Positions 48,547 through 61,050 of a stretch of DNA of 64,000 nt are shown here, one piece after another (position 1 is the first letter of the stretch; every line of letters starts with the position of its first letter). This DNA comes from Phoronis australis (lineage: Eukaryota > Animalia > Phoronida), in contig NMRA01000374.1 in NCBI GenBank assembly GCA_002633005.1, positions 373,955-437,954 on the forward strand, read 5' to 3'. A program made the position numbers and the translations under genes. The notes beneath the pieces are model-generated. The model ran no database searches, was not told where the DNA came from, and saw only the letters and a program-made list of their open reading frames with translations.

Positions 48547-50380
48547 CATTGATATATATCTGTTTGAGTCCATTCAGTACATTGATATCTCACTAAACAA
48601 TTTCATAAGGTTGGTAGAGAACACAAAGATTAATTCTTATTGACACAACCAAGCAAAAACGGTTTACCTTGACAGTTTCGCCTGCTCACTGCAGCCATCT
48701 TCGGAAGCTATTGGACACTAGGTAGCGAGGTGATGACACTGTTCCAAATTTTAGACCATTTATACCCCCCATCGTCTCTCTTCATAACTGAGCCGCTTTT
48801 TTCACCCAAATGGACTCCCTAATCCGTCTAGATCTCAAGTTATTTTCCGACTGCAGATTTGTTGATAGTATTCTGAGACAATCTCCTCTCTGGACGCGTG
48901 ACTATAAGTTGAGACAGCTCATCCACCTCCTGTCTGTGTTCGTTAAGGCTGACTGAAAACTCTCGCCCAGTCTCCCCGATGTATTCTGACTCAAAGTTGA
49001 GCCAAGGAATTGTCTAAAATTTGGAACGGTGTCATCACTTTGCCACCTAGTGTCCATTAGCTTCCGAAGACGGCTGCTGTGAGTAGCAGAAATTGTCAAG
49101 GTACAGCGTTTTTGCTTGGCTGGTCAATAAGAATTAATCTATGAGACATTGATATTTGTCTGAGTCCAGTCAGTACGTTGATATCTGTCTGAGTCCATTC
49201 AGTACGATGACATGGTTCCAGAAGAATCCCAATAAAAATTTGTATAGCATCTTGGATCATGACCTTGCCACTTTTAATTGCCTCATCAGCCCATGTTTTG
49301 CACCTTTCCTCGAGACCATCATAAGGCCCTTGCCACGTCCCGATTGAAAATAGTTCCACGTAGCATGAACTCCATACAGTTTCTCGTAGTTTAAGGTGAA
49401 ATCAAAAATATCTCCGTTTCTTTATTGGCTTGATGGCGAGTCAGACCAATAATGAATGGTCTCTAAACTCGAGTCAATCTTTTTAAGTTAAGAGAGCTAG
49501 TAGGTAAGGAAAGTGAGCATAGTCGTCGCTCTGTGAGATAACACGTTTGAAACCTTCACATAACCTTTATGGAGAATTCTCCATTTCGTCCATTTCGGAA
49601 GTGCGATAAACGACAGCAGGATGCAAAGTGACGGACACCTGATTGAAGTAAGCGCTCAGCACTACTTCTAGAGACCGATGAATAGTTTTCAGCAATGTCA
49701 AGTTGAAGGATTATGTGATGAGGTGGCAAACTGGCTTTTAGTTGATGTAGTTGTTCATACTGTTTGGTGACTAGCTTTGCAAGTTCTCTGAACTCCTTCA
49801 TCTGACCCGCCACAAAGCTGATGAAAATTTTCTTCTCTATCTCTGTTTCAGGAGTTTTTGTAATTGACTTTTTCTTACCATTTTCTTCCACGGTGACTCT
49901 TCAATGTTGGAAGGTAACCAGAACAACTAACTCTTCACTAATTCGTTTGCTACTTGGCGCATTGTTCACCGCATTTTCTGGATTCGCTGGAATGTCGATG
50001 TTAGCCCGACGGAGTTCTTTCATTGTCAACTTTTATCTTTGATAACAGCGATATACACTTGTACTTTTAACGATTTTCCCCGTGACTACTTTACTGATTT
50101 CCTGGCGTTTGGATTTCAGGGTCAACTGTCTCGTTCCAACGATTTCTTTGCAAGAACATTTGCAAGAAGTAATGACTTGCGAATTTTTCGTTTTTGATGT
50201 TCCTTGAGTCCAGCATTGCGCATCACGCTTTCTATGAATAATTTCACTGCAATCATGCCCTTTTTTCATTCTAGGGATACGCTTTTGGGTGGATTTCACT
50301 TTTTTCTCTACCGCTGTTCGAGGTGTCCGATTCTTGATTGCGCTGCGGACAGGTTTACTTTCCATCTGTCAAAGACGTTT
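48547..50380 (-). mobile_element. Decayed DDE transposase remnant (Sola2-like motifs) with a local inverted duplication
   Basis: Minus-strand fragments LDIAENYS, VTLHPVV, HYWSDSPSSQ, WNYF..G.GKG/GPYDG. Inverted copy 48627-48758 versus 49010-49140. Superfamily assigned from remembered motifs. Confidence 0.55.
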
Positions 50381-50967
50381 CGTTTTCTACTTTCACCGGA
50401 AAAGTTTAACCTCACTGTTAATGTGCCTCAACACACGGTGGCCTTATCACTTACGTGTATGATAATCTTCCTGACAAAAAAGTTAAAGCTATTTATATTT
50501 ATTCTACGTTCGAAGGCCTACTCACTTTTATCTCTATTAAAAACAAAATCATCTGCGTCGGTAACTTTTACAGACCGCCGACTTCATTCGTTAGAATCTT
50601 TGACGTGTTTCTTGAACAGTTTTGTCCCATCATCGAAACCTTCAAAATCAGCATAAAACACTGATTTTAGGTGGAGATTACAACTTAAATGTCCTAAAGA
50701 CATAAACATGTGTGTGTACTTACAGTGATAAAATCTGCCTCAATAGTTGTCAGGCTTCTATGTAGTCTGACGTCTTGTCGCCCCTTCTTCGTAGCAGCTA
50801 AACCAAGATTCTCTTCTACCCGCCGTACACTAACTAGTTGGAGGCGTAGCTTGATGTCGTCAGATGGCATCCAGCTTCCTCGACTCGTTTGACCCTAAAC
50901 CATAACGGTCTCCACTGGTGGGTCCACAGTGGCGGCCAACCCACTGTGCATCACTGAGGCCTCCAAN

Positions 50968-51252
50968 TAAGGTCTTTGTAAATCTGAAGGGGTCCTTGAC
51001 AAACTGAGACCTTCGCTTAGCCCTTTCCTTCTTGGCTCGACGTAACCTCTCTGCATTTCGCAGGCGTCTGAGCTCATACCTTAAGTCATCTCTGAGCCAC
51101 TGCAGCCCGACCTTCTCGTGCTCCTGGGCTTTGCGGAAAGCCTTCCCAAGTGATTTTAGTTCAGTTCGCATCTCCTTGATGCGCCGTTCCCGTCTGTTGC
51201 CTTTTGGAACTTCCTGCCGTGGTGCTCTCGTACGCTCTTCCTTGTGTACCAA
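50968..51252 (-). mobile_element. Fragment of an R2/HERO-like non-LTR retrotransposon ORF
   Basis: NRRERRIKEMRTELKSLGKAFRKA..EKVGL..LRRLRNAE..RRSQFVKDPFRFTKTL resembles the pre-RT region of HERO/R2-group elements. Confidence 0.55.
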
Positions 51253-51269
51253 ACCGCTCTAAAGCCACG

Positions 51270-52506
51270 TTGTAAATAATAAAATTCAAACATTCCTGGA
51301 TTTTATGACAAATCACAATTTAAGACCTTCAATTTCATACCCTACACGTCTTAGCCCCACCTCAGCAACTTTATTAGATAACTACACAATACTCAGTGAT
51401 GCTTTGACATATCTCACAAAAAATTTTTGGTCCAAAAAATGTTAGATTTAATAAACACAAACACGCGCTTAACTCGTGGATTACACCTGACATTTTAATC
51501 CCCAAAAGAAAATTGAAAAATGTATTATTCGCACCATTTATATCAATAGCAAAACCATATCACGTGACCAGTTTTCCTTTCCTTGGTATTACCGTTGACA
51601 AAAACCTCTGATAGTCCACCCACATAAACCTCATCTCAAACAAACTTAACAATCTCGGTAGACTCATTCATAAATTAAAATCTTATCTTCCTCTTCCAGC
51701 TCTCAAGTTGATATATAATTCACTTGTCCTCCCACATTTAAACTATGGCATTGCAACTTGGGGTTTCGGCAACACTAGGAAACTCCAGACAGCCCAGAAG
51801 AGAATCCTTCGGAATATTTCAAATTCCAGTTATAATGCTCACGCTCTGCCCATATGTACGGAACTTCGCCTCCCTCTACTTCAAGACATCTTTAAAATCT
51901 CAACTGCAAAGTTTTACTACAAATTCCTCAATAATCAGCTTCCTAAGTATTTTTACACAAACAACTTCTTTAGTAAACCCATCCAACATGAACCAACCAG
52001 ACACATTAAAACTCCTACATACCTGAATCAATACTCAGCTGCTATTCCGACAATACAACCCAACATTTTAATTCCTCCGTCCAACAAATTGTCATCAAGA
52101 GCATGTACTAGATTTGAAATTCCTCGACTAATAAACAACAACGAAATACCAGTCTCTGCTCTAAATATAATAAAAACACATTCTTTGCAAGCATTCTCCA
52201 GGTTCTTAACCAATATTATTATTAGCAACTGGGGCCCAGTTTGTCATATTTCCAATTGCTTTATGTGTAACAGTATCTAATTGTATTCCCAAAATCTCCT
52301 GAGCTTTGCCAGTCCAGTTCTTGGTTCCTGGCGTGTCGGTCGTTTTCAGCACTAATGGCTTCCTCATCTATTCCTACTGATTTTTGCATTTCCATTTATT
52401 TATTTTGTACAGGAGGCCTTCTTATTAGTGGTCAATAATCTTTAGAAGGCCTCCTAATTGAAATCGAATTTATAATCATTGTATTATTATAATTTAATGT
52501 AAATAA

Positions 52507-52563
<57 letters not shown>
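51270..52563 (+). mobile_element. CR1/L2-group LINE 3' fragment ending in AATAAA and (CT)n
   Basis: APE remnant YPTRLSPTSATLLDN (plus VGNFYRPP at ~50555). RT C-terminus FLGITVDKNL..IYNSLVLPHLNYGIATWG..LQTAQKR. 3' UTR hairpin AGGAGGCCTTCT...AGAAGGCCTCCT (52411-52455), AATAAA at 52502, (CT)n at 52510-52563. Confidence 0.85.
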
Positions 52564-52568
<5 letters not shown>

Positions 52569-52789
52569 CTGTTCTGTTTTCCAAGACTGTGTGGAACCCA
52601 CTTGTTTCTAGATCTTTGGAGTTTGCCGCGCGTCGTTTTTCTTATTTCAGTCTTTCTTATAACTAGTATTAAAATCTCTTGGTCTATTCACACCGATCTC
52701 TAGTCTATATACACTGTCACGACGTTTCGGTCGGTCTCTTCTCCGGCCATCGTCAGGTGTATAATAACATTCCCTCTAAGTAATTGGAT

Positions 52790-52870
52790 GACTCCGTGGT
52801 GTAGTGGTTAAGGTGCTGGACTCGAATTATCTGTAGTTTCAGAAGTCGTGGGTTCAAATCCTGCCTCGCA
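52790..52870 (+). pseudogene. tRNA-derived SINE-type head (not a functional tRNA)
   Basis: A and B boxes plus D/T-arm-like sequence are present, but the acceptor stem does not pair and the anticodon arm carries extra bases. Confidence 0.75.
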
Positions 52871-52927
52871 CAAAAAATCACACCATGAGTGTACCACGTA
52901 TCCGTGCTCGTTCTAAGAACGCGGGAA

Positions 52928-52969
52928 CACCTGACGAGGGCCGGAGAAGAGACCGACTGAAACGTCGTG
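52928..52969 (+). ncRNA. Minimal type I hammerhead ribozyme motif
   Basis: CAC-CTGACGA-G-GGCCGG-agaagaga-CCGACT-GAAA-C-GTC-GTG has both catalytic boxes intact and a GUC cleavage triplet. A second copy is on the minus strand at ~52717-52759. Confidence 0.75.
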
Positions 52970-54191
52970 ACAGTGTATGTAGACTAGAGGTTGGTGTAAA
53001 TGGACAAAGAGATTTTAATAATAGTTGTAATACGCCTCAGAGCGTTTTAGGAAGTCAGTCTTTCTTATTTATGAACAAATTAAAACAAATGAAGTGAATT
53101 GTTTTTTTAAATAAAATATAACTGCTTTTGAAACAATAATTCGTATATCAGTTGATAATTCCCTGACTTTTATTCAGTTTTTGTATACAACAATTACTTT
53201 CGAAGTTTTAACAGTTATACATTTTTTGAAATTTACGTTACCATACCATTACGGAAATTTAGTTAGTTTAGGTTTATGGCAAGTCAAGTACCGTGATTGT
53301 AAATACCATGCATAATTTACTGATCTTTAAGTATTTCTTGACCTCATAAACTTTTATCTGCATATTTCAGCGTTAGTGCGAGTTTTCTTGATACTTACAC
53401 ATGTATGAATAAGACGTACTTACATAAAGTGTAGCTTTTACTTGATGTTACAAAAATATTGAACTCGTTCTAATCTTCCGGAAGACGTGACGACAGCGAA
53501 AAAAACAGGACATTATTATATTAGTTCCAGTCGAAAAATACCATCGACTATTTGATGTTAAATGTACATGGAAATCTGAGTTGCGGATACTGTATTTCTC
53601 GCACATAGTTTTTCTTTCGTTTCTCCAAGATATCGTGCAAAAGTTGCCAAGTTGTTACTGGTAATTAAAAATCCACCCCTTATACATTGCTTAAAAAATT
53701 TAAAATGTTTCACAGAACACCTGTTTATTATTGACAGTTAGTGTAACGTATATTTTGCGATTACGAGCATGAGGAGGATCATGTACAGAAACAATTTTGT
53801 CGTAAAAATGAGTTTTTATTACTTTTATTCTCGAAAAAAGACAAAGTAGCAGTTTTGATATTATTTACTTGACAAAACGTTAGTTTTTTTTTAAAAACAA
53901 GGCATTATTAGATTAAAATCTAACAATGCCTTGTTACGTATGCAGTTACCGAGATTTTTGTAAAAAGTGAAAACTCGGAGGCCCGCCTTTGCCAACGGAT
54001 TTACGATGAAACCATTTCAAAGGCGGCCTTTATTTGTACTTAGTTAAAACACAAATCATGTCATCTAACGTTGAAACTGACTACCGGTACTGCAATACCA
54101 AAACTGAAAAACTATTGAGAGCTGAAATATTATTTGGATTAGCTGAGGAGTCATGGTGAAACTGAGAATTTTGGCACATAGAGGATGTATA

Positions 54192-54760
54192 CTTATAGGC
54201 ATCCTACTTAGAGGCATCATACTTAGAGCCATCAAACTTAGAGACATTACACTTAGAGGCATCTTACTTAGAGACATCACATTTAGAGGCATCACACTTA
54301 GGGGCATCCTACTCAGAGGCATCACACATAGAGGCATCAAACTTAGAGACATCACACTTAGAGGCATCCTACTTAGAGGCATCCTATTTAGAGGCATCAC
54401 ACTTAGAGGCATCCTACTTAGAGGCATCACATTTAGAGCCATCACACTTAGAGGCATCAAACTTAGAGACATCACACTTAGAGGCATCCTACTTAGAGGC
54501 ATCACATTTAGAGGCATCACACTTAAAGGCATCAAACTTAGAGACAACACACTCAGAGGCATCCTACTTAGAGGCATCACATTTAGAGACATCACACTTA
54601 GAGGCATCAAACTTAGAGACATCACACTTAGAGGCATCCTACTTAGAGGCATCACATTTAGAGCCATCACACTTAGAGGCATCAAACTTAGAGACATCAC
54701 ACTTAGAGGCATCGTACTTAGAGGCATCACATTTAGGGACATCACACTTAGAGGCATCAT
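54192..54760 (+). repeat. 15-bp minisatellite (ACTTAGAGGCATCAC) with higher-order variant pattern
   Basis: ~38 tandem copies; the array accounts for the repetitive ORFs on both strands. Confidence 0.97.
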
Positions 54761-57700
54761 AATTTTTAAAATTTCATCTTCCTAATGCGAAATGGGTTGT
54801 TTCAAAGTTGCAACTGGCGCAGGCTTTCAATTGAAATCAATTTACTTTGATCGATAAATGTCTATTTGTCAGAAATTGACTTTGAGTTTGTTTAAAAGGT
54901 AGCCATGCTTGGAGATTGTGCGTAGATGGAGAGTGAATGATTAAACCCAGTAATTAATTTATTATATGATAACCACTAATTAGACAAGTGAAAGCTGTTG
55001 TTAATTAAGTAATCAATTACTAAGAAGGGTAACTACGCTAGCGCCCTCTTTAAAGATTACTTCAATCAATCAACCAAAATAATCAAATGTCTTATCTGCT
55101 ATCCAAGCTAGGATTCTCCACTTGTTGGACGACTGTCCTGTTGGTGAATCTTCGAACTGCACACACACTATTGCTGGTCACCGTCTCTGGTTACGCAACA
55201 CTTGCAGACAGTTTCTTCAGAAGAAACGGATACAGTATTTTGAGTTGGGGGGCCAGGACGTACGAATCACCAGAATTTCGGCAGATGCACGAGACCAGTC
55301 TAAAATGTAGGGATGCAGGAGGTCTCGAATTTTTGGGTTTGTAGACCTTTTGACTAAAAAAGGTCAACAGGGTTTGTTCAGAGACTATGCATTGTTTATT
55401 CAACCCCCCGAGCCCCCCTGGTTGTGCGTATGTTCTAGTCAGCAATTCGCACTCGAACTGCCAAATGGTATCTGGTAGAATGTTAGGGGGGGCATGGCCC
55501 CCTTGGCCCCCCTAAATCCGCCACTGCTTCTATCCACGATTTTTCTTGCTGGTCACAGTGTCTGGTGACGCAACAGTTTAGGCAGTATATTTCTGCCCAC
55601 GATGCAAGTGACAAGCTCTTAGTTAACTTCCTGTTCGTTAACCCTTGCCCTTGCCAAGATCCTCTCTAGAATTTTTCACGAGATGGCTGTGTTGTACAAA
55701 TTCCTCTGTACACTGTAGCAAGTCTTCATGCTTCGACTACTATAGCTAATCTGAATATCTTCTTGATTTTAGCCCATATTATAATATTCTACTTATTTAA
55801 AGATTGGCTAATAAAAATCACATGATCTCAACTAATCACACCATTGGCTGTTACGATTTGTTCTCAGAAATTTCTAGAATCTCTAGAGTGCTTTGACCCC
55901 AGAACCCAAAGTTGTGAACGCCATCTCAAAATAGATTTTGACGTGAAAGTACATGCCAACAAGTTTGATCCCATGATTTAAAAGTACATATGCACAAATT
56001 TTGGGCAACTTATACTAATTACTTAATCAACATTTATTTTTACACCACTGAATAAAAAAGCCCCGGAGCCATCGTTTGGCGCAACCTATTGAGAATGAGT
56101 GATAGCCTCATTTTAGTGTAGGTGAATGCAAGCTTTGATTTATTTTGACAGGTTGACCTACCAAGATAATTGATACTTGAAGCCCGTCCGCCTGCAGAAT
56201 AATGACTTTCGGATTCAGAGAGTCACCTTAAAAGGGCACTAAACCCTGTTTTGATGATTTCAGCCAATCCTCGTCCTGACTCCCAGAATACATGTTTGGC
56301 GTCAGTCTTCCAACTTAAAGACAGGAATCAACAAAAAACTCTTAATCCCTGACACAAATTGGACATTATTGTCCTTGGTGGGTGGTCTTTGCCCTCAGTT
56401 GGTGTGTTAGTCGCTAAAAGTGAAAAACACACCTGCTCGTTCAGCATACTTGGTAAGGAGTTTTCAAAATTTCCTCCAAACTTTTGAGGTTTGTCGAGGG
56501 TTAAAGAGCAGTGTTTTGTTTCAGGAGAATTGGAAAGGAAATTTGTTTGTAGTATCTGTTAATACGCGAAAACCGGATTTGGTACCATTTTAACACCGCT
56601 CAGGATTGACGTGATTGCAATGGTTTGAAATAACAATATATTTCCTGAGCGTGTGTTTGTTCAATTCACTTGAGTAATCTGAACTCACTGCTTTTAAAAG
56701 TTTGAACACGTACATGTGTGCACCCCCACAAAATTATTCGCCTGGAGCCCTCCTATTGGAAAATGTGTGACCACGTAATGTGAGGACCTGCGTGAGCAGA
56801 AAACGAGAAACTGTACATTTTCAATTAGACTGTACTGTAGCAGGTTACAAACGGCTCCGATCTATTCTGTTTGTCATAGGAAATACGTCTAAGTAACTTA
56901 GCAACGAAAGCTGACTCTCCCAACAATTACACAGATTAATTGGTAGCCTCATCGCAATAATAAAAACAACAAACACGTGGTAATAGTAAATATATATTTC
57001 GGATCTGAACTCATGTATTAAAACTTAAGTGAATTGCAGAAAGCGATGAAGGAAAGTACATGTAAGGTTAAAACCCAACCAGAGACATCAATGCACATAG
57101 AATAAACTAATCATTAGTGTCCAATATCATGCAAACCACGTTCGATAATTATCTGCATGTACATGTATAAGAGTTCATTGACAAATGCAGGTAACAGAAA
57201 AGACAAGTTCAAACCACACTGCCCACATCACTGATTAATTGACGACAGTTTCGCGCAAAAAAATCATTGCTTCAATCGTATTCATCATCTATCTTTTTAA
57301 GTGGGGAAGCGACAAAAGCGTAAGCCACAATTTTTCAACTGACTGATGCTGCAGCCGTAATCATCGTAAAAATGCTGTTTTACGGACTGTAGCCACCAAA
57401 TCATATCTTAAAGTCCCTACGGTTATCTGACGCAGCACCGTCCTCAGACGTAGCATCCTATAGAATCTCTTGATAACAAATTCCCGTTTACTAATTTTCC
57501 AATTACGAACGATCACACATGCGCGCACAAACCAAGAGATCGTAGAGAAGAAGACAAATCTCCTGGCGGAATCTCACTATTGAACTACAAAGACTATTGT
57601 CACGGCGTGACAATACTGGACTCTGAGCGTGTGGATTAAACGAATTATTATGGGAAGTTACTGACAGCAACCCGTTAACCAATTTGAAAAGGAATTCTTT

Positions 57701-59139
57701 AAAATTTTGAGGAAAATAACATGTTAATATTTTGATGACCTTTCCACTAATTGACCTCTTTCGGTGCATTATGAGCCTGGATGAGGGAATAATTGTAAAC
57801 TCGATTAAAAGTGTGGTTAATTCTAAGAGTCAGAGATGTTTTACTTTAAGCACTTTAGAATACAACATGAATGAATTGGTCAAATTTTCAGAAGAAAGAT
57901 GCACCTAATGACCCCATGGGTGCACCAAATGACCTGATAATTTAGAATTCAAATTCAATCACATTTACTAAACAGATATGTAATTTTGAAGTATCAAGCT
58001 CAAAATTTTAGTTTGCACTCAATGACCGACCTATTTTTCTGATTGGTTAGGCCTATTGCATAGTGAAGTAGGACGTTCGATTGGCATGGTGACTTACACC
58101 AGTGTGCTGAATTTGTAAAGAATTCCTTGAAAAATGTAATGGATATAATATTTTGAACGTTGGATGACCTTTGCTCTAATTGACTCTATCCGGTGCATTA
58201 TAAGCGTCTTGAGGGGAATCGATGCAAAGCCCGTGAAAAGTGTGTTTAATGCTGAGAATCACAGTTGTCTAACGGTTGACACATCAGAATACTTGGTGAA
58301 TGAAAAGGACAAATTTTCAGAAAAAAATGCACCTTATGACCCCATGTTTGCACTATATGACTTGAAACGTTGGATTCCGAATTGAATTACCTGTGCCAAT
58401 CAGACCTGTGAATTTGAAGTGTCTAGCTCAAAATTTTAGTTTGCACTCAATGACCTTTGACCTATTTTTTCTGATTGGTTAGGCCTATTGCGTAGTAAAG
58501 TAGGGTGTTCAACTGGCAGGTTGACTTACCCCAAGGTGCTAAAATGGAAAAGAATTCCTTGAAAAACGCGAGATATAACATTTTGAACGTTAGATGACCG
58601 TTGCACTAATTGACCCTATCCGGTGCAATATAAGCGTCTTGAGGATTATTATTGCAAAGCCCATGAAAAATGTGTTTAATGCTGAGAATCACAGTTGTCT
58701 AACAGTTGACACATCAGAATATTTGGTGACTGAAAAGGTCAAATTTTCAGAAGAAAAATGCACCTAATGACCCCATGTTTGCACTAAATGACCTGAAACT
58801 TTGGATTTCGAATTGAATTACCTGTGCCAATCAGACATGTGAATTTGAAGTGTCTAGCTCAGAATCTTAGTTTGCACCTAATGACCTTTGACCTGTTTAA
58901 CCTGATTGGATGACCCAATGACTTATGAAAGTAATTTTATAAATTTTGCTGTTGAGTTATATCTGTGCACCGAATTTGAAAAGAATATCTTTAAAAATGA
59001 AGGAGTAGCATTTTGAAAATTACATGACCTTTGCACCAAATGACCTCTTCCGTTGCATTATGGAATATGATTATATAAAACAGCTTATTATTTAAAATGA
59101 CTTATTCTTATTAAAATGACATAGGCAAAAATTGAATTT

Positions 59140-59600
59140 CGGACCTCAAAAGCGAGGCCTCCTATATTATATTAATATATGAGGCCCCGCCGAAAGGCGG
59201 CCGGAGAGCGGGGCCATCTATATTGAAATAGGAGAGCCCCGCCGAAAGGCGGCCATAGAGCGGGGCCCCGTCGAAAGGCAGACGGAGAGTGGGGACTTCT
59301 ATATTAATATAGAAGACCCCGCTCTCCGGCCGCCTTTTGGTGAGGACCCCAATAATAATATAGGTGGCCTTGCCGAAAGGCGGCCGGATAGCGGGGCCTG
59401 CTATATTAATGTAGAGGGCCCAACTTTTCGACTTCCTTTCAGCGAGGTCCCCAATAATAGTATAGGAGGCCTCGTCGAAAGGCGGCCAGAGATTGCGGCC
59501 CCCGATATTAATAAAGGGTTCCCTCCGGAAAGCAGGCTATGAGCGAGGCCCACTATCATAATGTAGAAGGCACCGCCGGAAGGTGACTAACGAGCGAGTC
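59140..59600. repeat. Array of GC-rich hairpin units in mixed orientation with AT-rich palindromic spacers
   Basis: Unit GGCCCCGCCGAAAGGCGGCCGGAGAGCGGGGCC, spacer TCTATATTAATATAGA-like; ~10 diverged units. Confidence 0.85.
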
Positions 59601-60414
59601 TTCACATGAAAAAATTCACGTCATTTCCTCTTCCCGTTGTGGCACCCCAGGACTATTGAAAAATGATGAAAATAGGTCAGAGCTGCAATTTTGAATACAA
59701 CTTCCAGTTAAGCAGCACTGATAATAGCATTCTACAAAAAATATCAGACGAAAAATTTTGAAGCAATTGGGCATCACAAACAGCATGCTTCTTGTGACAT
59801 CTATTTGTATCATAAAAATGGCCACCAGATGGCGCAAAACATGTCAACTCCATCCGAAAACAGAAACATCGTTTCTTTAATAGAAAATATTTACCAATTT
59901 CCATAAAAATCTGTCAAGAAACTATAGAGAAACAAAGGAAGACCGGAAAAAATGGAATGGCCGCTAGGGGGCAATGCACCTGAAAGTTGTCAATATCTGT
60001 TCTCAACATGATACGAATACACTTGCTAAATTTAATAAAGATCCTGCAGTAGAAATGCGGCCTCTATGAGCATTTCAATCTGACTTCGAAAACAAAATAG
60101 CCAACACGTCCGCCATCTTGAATCTGATCATGATGAACGACCTTAGGCTTCTAGCACTTCGGGGACTAGAAATTGTGGGTGAATCTTGTGCCAGTTGGGA
60201 CAAATAGTGCAGCCTGTATGTAGAGTGCAAACAAAAAACTTGATGAAATTTCAATTGATGGCAGATACAATAATTCGCCATGTAATTAGGTAAATTAACC
60301 TAATCAAACAATGGGAGGGGTTGTCAATGGCTGCTTTTAAATTAATGGACAGCTATATAGTTATGACTTTCTGTCCACCAAATCCAAGTTGCTTTCTTGG
60401 TCTCATTTATAGAC

Positions 60415-61050
60415 ACCGTATTAGCCCTAGTAAGCGCCTAGGGCGCTTAGAAAAATTCGTTTCAGGAGAGGGAGTGCGCTTATTGGAGCATAAGGCTGTT
60501 GAAACACAGTGTCCGAAACAGGTGAGATCCGAAGCTAGGATTCATCAAATTTATCGTGTCTGTAGCCTACGACAGATCGACTTTCCACAAAATTGTGGTA
60601 CATTGCTATCAAACTTCATTAAATTACGATCCTTTTTCAGAAAATTGTGGGGAAATCCCAGGGCGAAAACTTGCCAACTCATCGCGAGATTCACTTCCGT
60701 TGACAAGTACACTGTCTGTTCTGAAAAGCCAGACCATAGTAGGACACATACCTCGTCAGATCTGCAAAATTTTTAAATTACCGTATTCGCCGTAATAACC
60801 GCCCAGGGCGCTTTAAAAAGTTCGGTTCAGGGGGGCGCTTATTATAACCCAAGGCGGTTGAAACCCGGTCTCCGAAACGGGTGAAATCGGAAGCTAAGAT
60901 TCATCAAATTTACACTCTGTGACGTATATGTAATCTATGAAAGACTTTCAACACAACTGTGGTGCATTGCTATCAAACTTTGCTGCTAAATTGCGATCAT
61001 TTTACAGAAAATTGTCCTGAAATCCCAGGGCAAAAACTCGCCGACTGACT
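60415..61050 (+). mobile_element. Two tandem left-end fragments of ACCGTA-type (Tc1/pogo-like) non-autonomous elements
   Basis: ACCGTATTAGCC..AAGCGCCTAGGGCGC (60415) and TACCGTATTCGCC..AACCGCCCAGGGCGC (60779) are each followed by ~250 bp of mutual similarity. Confidence 0.55.

Larger units (their letters stand above)
52661..53054 (+). mobile_element. Non-autonomous retroposon: inverted hammerhead arm + tRNA-derived head + hammerhead arm, 14-bp TSD
   Basis: TSD TCAGTCTTTCTTAT at 52647-52660 and 53055-53068. Inverted arms ~52661-52760 and 52927-53030. A box TGGTGTAGTGG, B box GGTTCAAATCC. Core CAC-CTGACGA...GAAACGTC-GTG. Confidence 0.8.

Noticed and set aside
52790-52870. Functional tRNA gene
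   Set aside because: The acceptor stem does not pair, the anticodon arm is disrupted, and it sits within a TSD-flanked insert.
54065-54785. 231-aa and 210-aa repetitive ORFs on opposite strands
   Set aside because: They arise from a stop-free 15-bp minisatellite; there is no splice or homology support for a real protein.
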